DNA of 64,000 nucleotides from Antedon mediterranea (taxonomy: Eukaryota; Animalia; Echinodermata), in contig NC_092672.1 in assembly GCF_964355755.1 (NCBI RefSeq), forward strand, positions 28,712,437 to 28,776,436, given 5' to 3'. The notes under the pieces were generated by a model. It was not told where the DNA came from and searched no databases. It worked only from the letters and a program-made list of their open reading frames with translations. Positions 25,401-40,400 of this stretch are shown here, piece after piece. Numbering within the stretch: position 1 is the stretch's first letter; each line of letters starts with the position of its first letter. The translations under genes and the position numbers were made by a program.

Positions 25401-28400
25401 TGGCGATGTGGCTAAATATGGTAGTGATATGCCCAAATATGACATCATCATTTCCATATATTGGCACATCACATTTTCGCTTAAAGTTTGATAGTGTAGA
25501 CAGAGCTTTAGATGAGTTCACATGACAGTTAACACCAGATAAATAATTTAGCAGTTCGTTTAGTATGACTTAAGTAAAAAACCGACAAAACAATTCATTA
25601 TCTTTAAAGGTTTTAAGTATTAATGGAGGAGATGGAGAAGTTCAAGAAATACTGTTGTTGTTTTCAAACTGTTCAAATGAAGACACGGAAAATGAATATG
25701 TACGAGTATGCGAAGATCTGGAAGGAATTTTCAGCATTTCATTTATGGATGAAACCACAGGTAACACTTTACTTTACTTACTAACAATATCAATAATTCC
25801 AATACTGGTTACACCATCGCAAGATGCCAGTTTCATTTCTAACTATATAATATAATAATATAATAATATAATACAATTATAAATAATTCAATATACAATA
25901 TGTTTTCCTCTATTTAGCTTCATTATCTGCTGATGCCACTGCCAATGAGGTACAAGATGCTATTAACAACCTACAGAACGTTACATATTCTGTGTCTGTC
26001 AATAAAACAATACGACTTGCTGGAAATGTGTTTGTGATTCATTTCCCATCAGGTTCGGGTAAGCAGATAATTTCATGAAACATGGCTTTGTTGTATTGCA
26101 AATTCTATATTCTATATCTCTGTTTTCTTCCTCTTGAATATTGAACTCTTTTTTATAAATCGTATGACCTTTAAAAGAGGTTACGAGAGCATGAGAAAAT
26201 GCATGAAGGAGAATAAAGTACAAGAGGTGTGCCAATCACCATTAATATATAACTTAGTTAATCGTGTCCGATGAAATTCCAATTATATGTATAATGTAGT
26301 TGCTTTTAATATGTCCTAAACAACTATTACTGCTACTAAAAATAAATGTAACTTTTTTGCTTGACAAAAGCAGAGTTTGTTAATTAAAATTTAATATTGG
26401 AATATTCTAGACACAGTATAATTACGTTCCTTTGAATTCAGTAACAATAGTATATTCTTTAAAAATGTCTTCAATTCTTAAATATACAAAAAAAAAAGGT
26501 TTTTGTAATATTATTCTTATTTAGGTAATGTTCAACAATTGGTTGGAATGTCCGATGACTTCGAGGTCGAGAGCTCCACCACGGTTGAAGGAAGCATGGC
26601 TACCATTGACAGTTTCACTGTCAAATTTGACGAAATTGAAAGCGCAGAACTGTCAAGTTCATCAACTGCTGGAGATTTTGAAGAAGCTTTAACACAGATG
26701 TTCACTGTCCAATGTCAACAAGATTCAGAATCTAGTGGTCTTTACACAAATGATTACGAGGGTACTGCAAGTGGGTATGAGTCCGGCGCACGGGTGATGG
26801 ATGTGGAACCATACTGTGGACAGGCTTCTTTGAAGAATCCTAGTATAATTTACGCAGCAGGAGAAACTGTGTCATCTAATGGAGAGACTGTTGATGTAAT
26901 CGATGCCAAAAAAAATGGAAAGGTAATAATTATAAGATTTTGTTGTTGACTTTTACGTGGTTTATGCGCGTAATAAGGTTTAGTGCATGCCAGCTTTGGC
27001 GGGAAAACGACAGAAGATCAATGAAAAGCAAAGAATTGCTCTTGTCACTGTATTTGTACTGTTTCTTATTATTTAAAGTAAATCGGAACGAAAACGAACA
27101 CAACCAAAGTCTTCTAGTTTTCTTTTAATTAGGCCTATTGATCCCGAGAAAAGCAACACATCACTATAACTAGATAAATTGTAAATCCCAGATGCAAATC
27201 TGTCTACTATCGGGATTTTGTTTCTTATGAAATTTCAACTACACTAAAATCCCACAAATTGAATACTTTGGGATGTTTTTCTTGTATATGTTTTTATTGT
27301 AAATGAATTCAATTACGGCTATCCTTACACATTTTTCTATATACAAGAACAACAAAAAACATAATGTAATTACATTAATTACAGGTATGCTTTGCTTATA
27401 ATGGAGCCCTGTCACAGGAAGTAAAGTTCACAATTCGTTGGAAACATAATGAAGATGGAGATCAAAGAAGTGAGAGAGTTTACAGAGTGTCTGAACTGAC
27501 AAAGACAACAAGGTAAGAAGACCATGTGTTACTGTGCGTCTTTTGAACTGGTACTGCATTATACGATTAAGAGAGTTCGTATCAGGTATAATCAACTTTT
27601 GAATATTAAGGCTTAATACTATGCATTGCTTAATCAACGTAAAAGCATGGCGATTATTATTACTATTTTATTTGTTATTACCCATTATTAATACTTTTTT
27701 TTCAAATACCAAACACCAATAGCAAGAAGACGATAACAGGATGCTTTTTTTTGTCTTATATAGGATCAACCCACTTTTATTTCTTCATCAATAAAGTGTT
27801 CGTTTACAATGCATTGTACATGAGTAATGTAATGATACAATACAATATAACTGACATTAAATAACTTTCAGTACATCTGATATCTCACTCCTACCATTGC
27901 ATTTTATATATAATAGTATAAAGAAAGAAGAAAAAAAAAAACTTTACTCTATGTTATACACTCGTTTTTCAATCCTTAACAATGTACGTATAATTTACCA
28001 CAGAATTCTTTATTTTATAACTCTTTTATCTCTTTATGGCAATCAAAAAAAGTTATATTTTACTTTACCTAAATATCAATTTTATAAATTTTAAATTTAT
28101 ACCTTGCTAAATTGTTACGGTCCATATCTGACCACATTTTGTTGCCTTTTCTTTATTTATTAACAACTCACAATTGATTATACCTTCTAACTCCGCAGTG
28201 AACATTAACCATGGACATTTTTTAACAAGTCCTAATCTATGTTTGACTTTACTTTTATAAACACAGAAAGTTAAAATGAAAAATATTTTATTAATTTTGA
28301 CATCATATTTTCCAAGTACAATTTTCTCCAATGTAACTTCCTGAGTAAATGCAAAACATGTTTTCAGCATAGCGCAACATTTTACCCAGCAATGTTTTAC

Positions 28401-31400
28401 TTCTTTGCATGTAAATAACATATGCTTTTCATTTTCAACCTCCTCATTACAATATTCACAATAATTACTGTTGGACAAATTCCATAATTGTAGCTTACAC
28501 TTAGTTGGGTAAAATTTTATGTAGAAACTTAAAATTAAAGAAAGCCACTCTTTTTATGTGCAACATACTCTTAACTTTGTTTTTCCAACATAGATTCCAG
28601 TCAATAAAACAATTTTGAAGTTGGTTTTCCCATTTATCTTGTGCTTTTGGTATGCACGCTTTATATGCTACATCGGTAAAAGTGGAATAGAATTGTTTGA
28701 CAGTTGTATAATTTGAAGTAACATTAACATTTTTGTCTATTGTATCAACCTCTTTATGTATATAACAATAGGATTTCTCAACCACTATAACTTTCCAGCT
28801 TCTCGGAATAGCGTCAATTAGTGCCATATATATTAAAAATGCATTTTCCATTCGTTTCAACTGTGGAGTTATTTCATTAATATGCTTAAATCTAGACTTA
28901 ACCATAATATCGCCTACTGTTTTTATACCTGAATTCACCCAAGATTTACAGAATAGTGATTTTTTGTTATGCATGACATATTATATTCTCCCATAACCTC
29001 TGAGTTTTTTTATTTTACATATACATTGAGGTTTTTTAGCATAAATATTATTAAACCGTATGCAGGCTTTAAGCATATTTATATAGAATGTATTCACATA
29101 TTTGAGTGCATTATGCTTCTCAAAGTTTTCTTCCGTCATACTTAATGTATAATCAATTGGATATAAATTGTATAATGGAATACATTTCCACTTTCCTGGA
29201 TCCGGGCTTAGTAAACGTTTTACCTAGCCTAACTTTAAAGATTCAATCATAGAGTTAAATTCAATCATTTTAATCCCACCATGTTTTGTATCAGAGTATT
29301 TCTTTAATTTTTTTTCTTTATTACCACTCCATAAAAAGTTGTATAACATCTTGTTTATTTCAGGAATAATATATTTTGGCAAGTCTGTGACACTTGCATT
29401 ATAAATAAGTTTTGATAACGCTAGTGTTTTGATTACCTTGATTTTCCCAAAGAATGATATTTTTCTTTTTTCCCAAGTTTTAAGGATCTTTTTTAGATTT
29501 TCAATTTTCTCATACCAATTTTTTGTATTGCAAATATCCTTATCATAACCAATGTAAATACCTAGAAACTTAATAGGTTCTTGATTAAAGGAATTTTGCA
29601 AGAGTTACTAATTTTCTTTTTATCACATCAAATCCACATTCTCCTTGTCTTGGATTTATTTAGCATCAGACCTGACATTTCACAAAAACAATCTATTTCG
29701 TTAAAATAGCTTTGGTTTATAAATACACTAGACTATAAATACACTACACTATATATAAACATATACAATAAAAACGTGATAGCCTAATATTAAAACAATA
29801 ACAGATATTCTAAATTCATATTGTTGTAAATAACAATGAAAAGTGTAGTAACAGTAGCGTCGGAAAAAAAATACTACAACCAACCAACTAATAAATTATG
29901 GAAGTTATGGGCATAAATCCCATCTGAAAAATGTGATATTTTCTTCTTCTGCAAAATTTATACTATGGGACTAACTACACTTAATGACATGTTTTATTTC
30001 GTTTCGTTTATTTATTTGACCAACATTAAATCAATACAATATATTTAAAAAAAACAAAAACCAAAAAACAAAAACAACAAACCTATTTACCTCTTTTATT
30101 TTTATTGGAATGTTAACAAATTATAAAGAAAAGTAATACTCTACCCAATCCTTTCTAGTTCTCTTTGATAATCGATTGGCAAATAAATTTGTATATGTTT
30201 ATTTTAAATGTTTGTAGAAACTGATCCTTTAATAAACAGAAAACTTGGTTAAACACATTTTGTTAAATTTCAGTTGGAGTTATGACTGCTTTGATATATA
30301 CAGCTATATAAAACTAGATGAAGAACTCAATTTTGATAGCAGTCCCGATTCTCCATTTGATGTTGAGGTCATTACACTTTACCAAGATGGCGGTGACTTC
30401 TACATTGATAACTTGAATATTGGGTCCAGTGAAATAAGATGTAAGTCATTACAGATACCGATATATCTGTAAGAAAACTTCCTGCTCAAAACAGAAAAAT
30501 ATAGAAACGTGGAGTCGTGGATAGCGTGATGTCTGAATAACGTCAAACGTTTCAAGAGAGGGGGTGGGGGGGATTTCTGTAAGGTGAAAACGAAAGGAAA
30601 AAAAAGCTTGTTTGCATCTTTTTAAAAGAACATTTCCTCCTTTCAGTTCAACCCCACCCTATCATTCAAGCAATATTTAAGGCAAATACACTTGGCAGAC
30701 ACGTGATCGAAATGAAAATCGCAGAAAATACTAAGAGTAGCCCAATATGAATTCGCCTTTTTAATATTTGAAACATGTTTTAAAAGTATAGATTCTATAC
30801 TAAATATTGTAACGCTTGAAAAGGAACTGATTTCTTCACTGCTTTTGTCACATGTAGTTTTTAAGTATAACAATGTGGAATTTGTTGTTTTTCTTAAATC
30901 CTGATTTAATAGATATGCTCTCTTTTAATAATGTTTATTTGTGGTTTTCAGATCTTCAAACTCGTCCTGCAGCTCGACCAAACGATATATTTGTTACAGA
31001 TGTATCCGTTGTAAAAGACACAAACAGCTTTAATATCACACTGTTTGCAGCAAACTGTGCTTACGGATTTCCTCTTCTCCAAGTTAAATCTGCAAATATT
31101 ACAAATGGATCAGTTAAAGACGAAAGTGATTATGTCGAATTTAGCAGCAATGATTGGCGAAATGGAACAACGATTATTGTTGAAAGAATGATAGCAGCCT
31201 CAAAACCAATATCTGGTAGTTTCATGATGGAATGGAATGGTAAAAGCTCAGGTAAGGTCATTTTAATAATATTACTATACCTATAACATTTGTTAACAGC
31301 TATAAATAAGCCCATAGTTACATGAGAAACTTATGCAATAATACCATTAAAAAAATCGTTTCATTGCCATCACAGATGTATACTGTACTCTGATAATAAT

Positions 31401-34400
31401 TGATTATTTGGGCCAACTAACTCAGACATTCGTCACGGTACATCATACACCACCACAACTATAGTAGGGATAATACAGAAATTGAGCAAATTCATTCAGT
31501 AGGCAAAACTCAGGCGGCTTACTCAGAAAATCATTGCTCCACTCTTAGGGTACAGTAGCAGTAATGCACACAACCGTGAGCCGGATTTTCCCGTGTTCAC
31601 TTAATAATTCTGTTCTATTTGTCTTTTTAAATATATAATTTCAGCCATTTTAGTACGCTTTAATATTTAAATCGTATAACACTCATCAAAAATGGTTTAG
31701 TATTTAGTTTAGTTATTTACTTCCTTTTAATTAAAAAAAATATATATATTTTTTCCATAGCTGTATCTGCCACGTATTCAGCCAAACAAATGAAAGAATT
31801 GCTTGAAGGATATTTTGCCACTGGACTGGTGGCTGTAGAAAAGACGTCAACATGCTCATCTTCTATCTGGAACATTGAATGGACTGACATTGGTGGTGAT
31901 CATGAACCCATAGAGGTAAAGGCAATACTTAATGTCTTTGCAAATAAATTAAACATTAAATCTAATCTAATAATCTAATACATATTGTGTGTGGAAAAAG
32001 AAAGACATAAAAAGAATAAATGTTGTGTTTTACCCCTGGAATTTTCACAATTTTCCCGTATGTTTTTAGGTACATCCATGCGCTTACTATTCTCAGTTGG
32101 TAGTATAGTTCCTGAACAATGTCTTTTTGTTTAGGCATCAGTGTCTCAACAATCCTCGTAGATTCATATGTTATGTTACATTATAGCCACAGTGTATCCA
32201 GGCTTACTAATTTCAGGATTTTAGTGCATCTAACAAATATAATTTGTTTGATATTTTCAGATTAATGGAACAGGTTTAGTAGGTGATGACGTTGACATTA
32301 CAGCTTCTACAGACGTTGATGGCGCACTAGTCCTTGCTCCTATTCCAGGTGACTATCTACGAACTCCACATTCGTCGCCTCAAGTAAGTAGTCAAGATTA
32401 AAGTAGTTTTATGTTTGGGTCCCACTACAGACGCATGTACGTAACGCAACGTAAGGGATTTGACAAATCACATGTGATGAAATATTTGAACCGTCGCTTG
32501 CCATTGGTCAACTTTGTGTCTACGTTCTTGCGTTGTATCTCTAATGGAAACCGAGCTGTACTGGAAACAAAACAAGAGAAAGCATAAGCAATTAGAAAAT
32601 AACCACATTCGACAATAGTCACGAAACAAAATTAAATTTTTGAAAACAGACTCTTGTCAGATCTTCAGCCGTCAGTTTTTATTTTTATTTCAGGTTGAAG
32701 TCTATATAAATGAAGTGATCTCCAGTTGTGCCACGGATAATTGTACATTTGATTATAATGAAGATTACACTGCCGAAATTACAAACATTGACAGACATGC
32801 AGGTAATAAAATAAGCACACTCGGTTTCCAATGACTTCTTGACTTTTAGTGTAAAGAATATTGACTTATCTGACAGATTGATAAAGCCCTGTTCCCACAA
32901 GGCGCAGCACAAGTGCGTTGACCAATCACGTCACGATGAATCTTCCGAACTGTCCCTGGTGATTGGTAAACTTACTTGCGTTGTTTACTAGTTGTAACCA
33001 AGTTCGAGGAAAACGATTACGAAAATTGGCCTTCCCAGCAGGAAATTAAAATTTGACACCTGTATATCAGTAACCTGGTTGGGTTAGTGGTATACAATAT
33101 GTGTTGCGATAAACACGCATATGTTACAGAAGACGCCAGACTTTCCCAGACTAACCTACAGCTTTAACTTCTTCCTCTTAAATAATATCATCTAGAATGT
33201 CTTCCATAAGAAACATTGTGTGCACGTCCATATGTGTTAACTATCCATGTTTTCTGTTGATCAGGTTCTGAAGTTGAACAGACGACCATCACCATCACAG
33301 GCACCGGATTCAGCGTGGAAATTTCTGAGAACATCGTGACCATTGGTGATATAGCATGTGAAGTACAATCCTGTGGCGAGACTCAGATAGTCTGCGATGT
33401 CCAAAACGGAAAGGCGGGAATTTATGAAGTTGAAGTCAACGTTGTACCTTTTGGATATGCTGAAAGCAGTAGTGTGTATTAATTTACATTATTATATATT
33501 TTAAATATTATGTTGTATTGGAATTTTGTATATTTCACTGGTTAACTTTTTTTAATTCTGGAAAAGGTATTTTTATGGCGATTCATACTTAATTAATTTT
33601 TTTGCACCTTATACATATGAGGAGGCGCGACAGTGTTTCGACTTACTGTTTGACTTTGATTAAAATAGGCTAAAAGTTGAGTTGGGTTTTTTGTTGTTTA
33701 TGATCAGATATCGTAACTCATGATTTTATTCCATATTTCAGCTGATGTATATTTTAACTACACTGTCAATATAACCAGTATTGAGCCAGAATCAGGCAGT
33801 GAATCAGGTATAAACATTAATTTCTCTCTGATATAGCAGACACATTGTTTACTTACAGCAAACAGCAAAGCAAGGCATGGAGAGGCTATGTATAAAGCCC
33901 CTCTTAAAAATAAAGTCAAAGATTCAGGGTGAGAATTGTTGTGGGCGGTTGACTAAGAGCTTGCTTGACTTGACTAAGAGCTTTGCAGAAACAACTGTAT
34001 GTTGTGGTAAATAAACTTGACATTGATGAAATGTTTATCTTTTATAGGAGGAACTGAAGTAACTATATATGGTCACGGTTTTAGTGATATTCCAGAAGAG
34101 AACACAGTTTTCATTGGTAGTACACGATGTGTCGTCACTCATTCAAGCTTTAATGTTATCATTTGTACATTGGAAGTCCAGGTTAGCAACACAATTTCTT
34201 TGTCATAGGCTTGAAATAAACTGGTTTTCTATTATAGCTTATAGGATCCTTCTAGTAAAACACTTACCACTTATTTATTTTTCATTTTTATTTGTCTCCT
34301 TAAATAAAATTACAAACAAAAAACAACATTCATTCAAAACCAGGCAGAAATAAATACTATACAGTAGGACTCATATTGCACTGATAGGATACAAACACAA

Positions 34401-37400
34401 TTTAGAAAATGCATAAAAATAGTATATCAAAATAAAATTAAAATATATAGGAATAACATTAAAAATCATCAATAAATAGAAAAATCTTACTTACAGTCTT
34501 ACAACAATTGTTAAGCTGGTTGAATACGATCGTATAGTCGTAATAGCTGTATTTAAAATGAGTGAAACTTTTATATTCTTCATGATGCACGCGGAATGTG
34601 GAAAATTGAGTATTTTAAAGAATTTTCTAACTGCTTATTTCAAAATCAAAGCAAAGCATAAATATTCAACCAAAAAGTTTTACTTTTGATCTGTAATATG
34701 TACTGATCGAAAACAATAAAACACATACAATAATTATTATATGGCTTATTAAAGCTTTAATATTAACAATACATTTTACTGTTTCTTTTAAAGAATGAGT
34801 CTAGACGACGAAGATCAACAAACACGGTAGATGTTTATGTTGAAATCGATAACCAATCGCACAGTAAGGTCAATGCATTTACCCAAGATCCAGCCTTAAC
34901 GCCAACAATATCAAGTATTTCACCAACTTCAAGTAGTGTTCTAGGTTTGTTATTCTTGCTGATTTAATACAAATTTGTTGATATTGTTTTATGATAATGG
35001 GTTCTTTTACTAAATCCTAACTACAGTAGGTTGGGACAAGTTAGCCTATCAATTCTTATATACAATACCGGTATTAGATATAACATTAGTTACAATTAAG
35101 GTGAAAAAAGATTTAAAAACATGCATTGTAATTTAATACATCGGCTTCTTATAGGATTATTAAACACCATGGTTGAAATTTTAACTTTGTGTGCAAAAGT
35201 TTTACTTGATGTGCAAAGGTTTTACCTGTATGTGCGCGCGCGCAAAAGTTTTACTTTGTGTAAAATAGTGTTACTTGATTTACAAAAGTGATGATTGTAT
35301 AATTATCTTTTATAGGCCAATGCAGAGAAATTATGAAAAGAAAATTACTACAGAACTTTATTTATTTTAAAATATGCGTTTGCGATGTGAAATTCAGGGC
35401 TATGATGTTGTTTTAAATATTTTTTTTTTTTGGGATTTGGCGCAAAATTTATTTTGAATATTTTATTTTCTTTTTAGGAGGAGGCACCATTGTTATACTT
35501 GGTTCAAGCTTCGGTACCAAAGAGCCTATGGTCACTATTAATAAACTTGAATGTTCTGTGACATCATTTAATGACACCGAAATTCAATGTACTGTTCCTG
35601 GCAACGAACCTGGAATCTATGACGTGACAGTATCTGTGCCAGGAAAAGGTTATGCTAAAACTGGGTATGTTTCAAGCTATGCTTAAATAGAGATTTTATG
35701 AATGTGTCTTTTGATACTTGAAAAGAACTACAGCATTAGTATACAAGACCATTATCTAATTTTCTCTGAAAATGATTTTGCTTAAGTCAGTATAGAAGGA
35801 TTTAACTTAAAGTGGTTTTCACTTAGTAGACTTTTTACATTTCCTTCGACATAAGTGTAAATAATTATGGCCATTGTGTTATAGTAACATAAAATAATCA
35901 ATTCGAAATTATTTAAACATCCCACACGGGCAATTCAAATAAAAAGGTCTGAATTAAAATGATCTTACAAAATATACAAAATATCACAATACATATTACA
36001 ATATAACAAGAGTCAAAGTTCAAGAATTTAAGAGTCGGATGGCCACTGGCAAAAACGAATTTCTTTTCCGGTTTGTTCTACATGCCGGCCATCGAAAGCG
36101 ACGCCCATGAGGCATGAGTTTGAAATCACTGAACAAGGCATGGTTAAATAAATATCTTAATCCTGATGAATAATAATCAATATAAATATTTATTTTTTCA
36201 GACAACAATTTTCGTATGATCTTGTAATTGAAGGCATCTTCCCTGATCATGGTTCTCTGCAAGGCGGTACAACGGTATTCATTACTGGTTCTGGTTTTGG
36301 TACTAATACCTCTTTGGTTGATGTAAGTTTTGGTTTTGTGACCTGTGCCATCACAGATCTGAATAATGACCTGATTAAATGTACATCCGGGAGCTCGGGA
36401 GTTGTACATACTGTGACCAATCAAGGAAAACATGAAGGTATGTTGATGTTCAAATTAACAAATATGCCATTGGAATATTTATTAATCTAAAACTAAAATA
36501 CGTGTGTGATATACTAACATTGACCTATTAAATAATTATCATTCTGGCAATGATATAATAATGTTTACAGAGAAGTATAGATTCTGCTAAGGTCCAATCT
36601 TCTCTTTCTTTGAAAGACTCTTCCGAATATTGTAAATGCATTCTTAAAACAAGCTATTTAGGTTCAGGCATTTATCTATAAAATGCATTTTCTGCTCTTT
36701 TAAAGATTATGGAGTTGGTTATAAGTGGGATCCACAGGTGTTGAAAATAATGGCAGGAGATACAGTGATGTGGCAATGGTCAACACCAGCTCTTGTTGAC
36801 TCTGTAGGTTATACAGTTCAACAAACTGCAGATGCAGATTCGGTAGAATATGATGGTAAAGGGTTCTATGCAGGATCAAGCTCAAAAAGTGGTATGTTTG
36901 TCACTCATAACAACAAGTAGTTGTTTGAAGGGTTTTTGCTGGCATGTAGTCCCCTATAGTCTCTCATTGGCCGTCTTCGTGTACGAAGTTGTTGGTCATG
37001 ATATTTCATAGTGGTAGCAAAGGGCTATATGACACAGCATTCCTCCATTCCTTAAACAAAGCTGAATGAACCAGAACTCTGGTTAACCCGACACATCATG
37101 AACTATATTAATGTGACAAGTGTATAGGCTATTCTTTTAAACGCTTGGCCACTCAAGTATTATACATATTAAACCATTCACAAATATAATGAAACTTAAG
37201 GGAGATAAATTCTACTATTAATTGCCCAGTTATTTAAATGTCGTATCAAATTTAAATTACTTTATCAATAGTGCTAATTTTGTTAACCTTTTATATATAA
37301 TGAATATATTTAACATTAATCTATGTTTTTAAATAGGTACTTATTCTTACACATTCAACAACGAAGGAGAATATTATTATTCAAGTGGTCCTGTAAATTC

Positions 37401-40400
37401 TGATGTCCCAGAGGAAGACAAATTCTATCTAACTGGAGTTATCTATGTTGCTCCATTTGGATCTGTAGCTTATCCCCTGTCTGTAAAATTGAATGACATT
37501 TCTGCAAACCATGATGTCAGTGCTCAGAGCAATACTCCATCTGATAGTAGTTCTTGCCCAGGAGATGAAGACACTATATCTGGTTGTTCTTCAGCAATGC
37601 CAACCATAAGTTACACCTCGTTGTTCTCTTTTGCATTCTGGGATTGCAGTACAGCTACTATTGACGTCATTGAACCAGTGATTGGCTCAGCTGAGCAGAC
37701 TATAACTATCGGAGGATCTGGATTCAGTGATGTGGCTTGTGAGAATGTAGTTATGATTGGGTATGATCACACATGTAGCGTCATTTTCAGTAATGCAACT
37801 CTTATTCAATGCACTATCGAAACTAATAACTCACTGCTGGTTGGTTATTATCACGAGATATCAGTTAATGTGAAAAATCAAGGTTACGCTATGAATGTTA
37901 TTGATACGCTAGCAGCAAGAAGTTATATCTTAGTGCCTAGCATAACCTCTGTTGATCCATCTGAAGGTTCTCTAAATGGTGGTACCGTACTAACGATTGA
38001 GGGAAATGGGTTTTCTGCTTCATCTATTGATGAATTGATTGTTTCACTTGGACCAGAGTCTTGTCTCATTCAATCATTTAACTACACTCACATAATTTGT
38101 GCCACCACTTCTCATGATGTATCTGGTCATACATTTGATGTTGCTATCGAATTAAACCACCAGTCATCCATCAACATCGGTGGTCAGCCTTTCAATTTCA
38201 CCTACCAGCAACATCTGACAATGCAGGTTCAAGACGTTTTTCCAGATACTATTAGTGGTGCCTTGACCACCATCTATGTAAATGGATCTGACTTTGGTGA
38301 TGTCATCAGTGACATCACAGTAACGTTCGGAAATGTTGATTGTGCTGTGGTTGCTGTGAATAGTGAAGAGATTGAGTGTGAGGTTGGCTATGTCCCAGTA
38401 GGTGAACTGCCAATCACGGTCCATCGAAAGAGATACGGAAATGCAAAATTAGTAAATTTTGATAATGTATGGGGAAATGCTGTTATCGATACTATCAGCC
38501 CACAACAGGGAAGTACTGAAGGTAGAACTCTGATTACCATCGAAGGGAGTGGATTCCATACTGATGACACATCTGTATTAATTGATGGTGATGTTTGTGA
38601 TATTACTTTTGTTAACATCTCAATGGTCACATGTATCACAAACTCTCACTCAGCTGCCACTACAAACCTCCTTGTTACATCGAATGGGGAAGAGTTTTCT
38701 ACTCAGAGTTTTGAGTTCACGTCTTCGGCAACTCCAACTATAACATCAGTTTCCCCATCGTCTGGAATTTCTGGCGACAGTATCACAATACGTGGATTCA
38801 ATTTTGGATCATCGACAACAGATGTTGAAGTAACAGTTGATGGCGAAAAGTGCACAGTTGTAGGCAGTGTAACAGTGACAGAGATTATCTGTGAAGTTCC
38901 ATCACACGGCGCTGGAGTGTACACAGTAGAAGCTGCTGTCTTTAACCTTGGGAAAGCTTCATCAGTGGTAACATTCGAGTATATTCTCTCAATTGCTTCA
39001 AGTTTTCCAATTGATGGTAAGCTAAGATTACTTGTTGCAATATTACTTCAAAAGGAATCTAATAAATGTAAAAGATTAAATAACTGCCGAGACTTTATCA
39101 GTAATGGAGATGTTGTGATTATTCATCATCATCATTATGTCTCATTATTTTGCATCTTTTAGAATTATCAGATGACAAGATATTTGATCTGAATATCAAA
39201 ACATGGTTATAGTGGTGGTTATTTTGAGTTTCTTTAAAATTTGAATATGTTAATCTGTTTGGATCCTAACTGAATTACATCATGAAAAGTTAAATAATTA
39301 GTACTCTTAACATTTGTATTACATCACCTTGAATGTTTGCGCCCTTTTACAAATATTTGAATCATAATATTTGCCAGAGTGGGAACGGGATTTTAAATGA
39401 ATAATTCCAGTTCTGTAAACATGTTTCTATTTATCATTACAGGAAGTTTCGCTGGAACAAAAACACTTAACTTAACAGGTTCTTGTTTCGACGAAGATAG
39501 AACAAAGGTAACAGTTTGTGGTAACCCATGTGATGTCACATCAGGAACATATACATTTGTTCAGTGCCTAATACCGGCCAATGATGGAATTGGTAAGTTG
39601 TACGTTTACACTTGTTTCATATGTTTTAACTGGTGTTACTTTTGAAATGTAATTTTTATTATCGTTTTAACTCAAAAATAAATGTCACAGTGTTAACTTG
39701 AGCATGCTAGCTATTCTTGTTTGAAATTAGTTCTGCTCTAGAAGTTTCTTTTTAGAAGTATTGAAGAACATACAGAAAAAATTATTACAAATACATAACG
39801 GGGACCTAATTTTCTTCCAATACTAACTTATAAAGTGCAAATTGGTCTTGGTTTACTCTACCCTCTAGTTTATTATACTATTTTTCTTTGTTAACAGCTT
39901 CGTCTACAGTATCTTGTGACATTGTGGTTTTGGTTGACAGTGGATTGAATGCTACCTTGTCGGATGCATTCACTTACAAGTCTTCTTTAACAGCTATTAT
40001 CGACTCAGTAGAACCAACAAGAGGAGGAACGGGTGGAGGAACCGATTTGATTATTATTGGAACTGGATTCAGGTATTAAAACTTTTGTGTAGTAATTGTT
40101 TTATTGTGAACTTATACATAATACTCACATAGGTTATTTACAAGATGAATAATAAATAAGTTGTATATTAAAAAAAAATATACATTTATTATGTTTCTGC
40201 AGGTCGTCTGGCAATGTGGTGACTCTTGATGGTTCTGAATGCATCATTTCCTCTGAATCGACTACCGTAATAGAGTGTACAACAGAAGCTCACCAAGGAT
40301 CCATCAAGACTCATGTCAGAGTTGTAACAGATGACGATGACAACATCGCCACACAGGTAAGCATGCCATGTAACTCCTTGACCATTAAACAGTAGGCATT

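Noticed and set aside
36020-36433. 137-aa minus-strand ORF
   Set aside because: Chance fusion of the antisense of a fibrocystin exon with a LINE C-terminal remnant.
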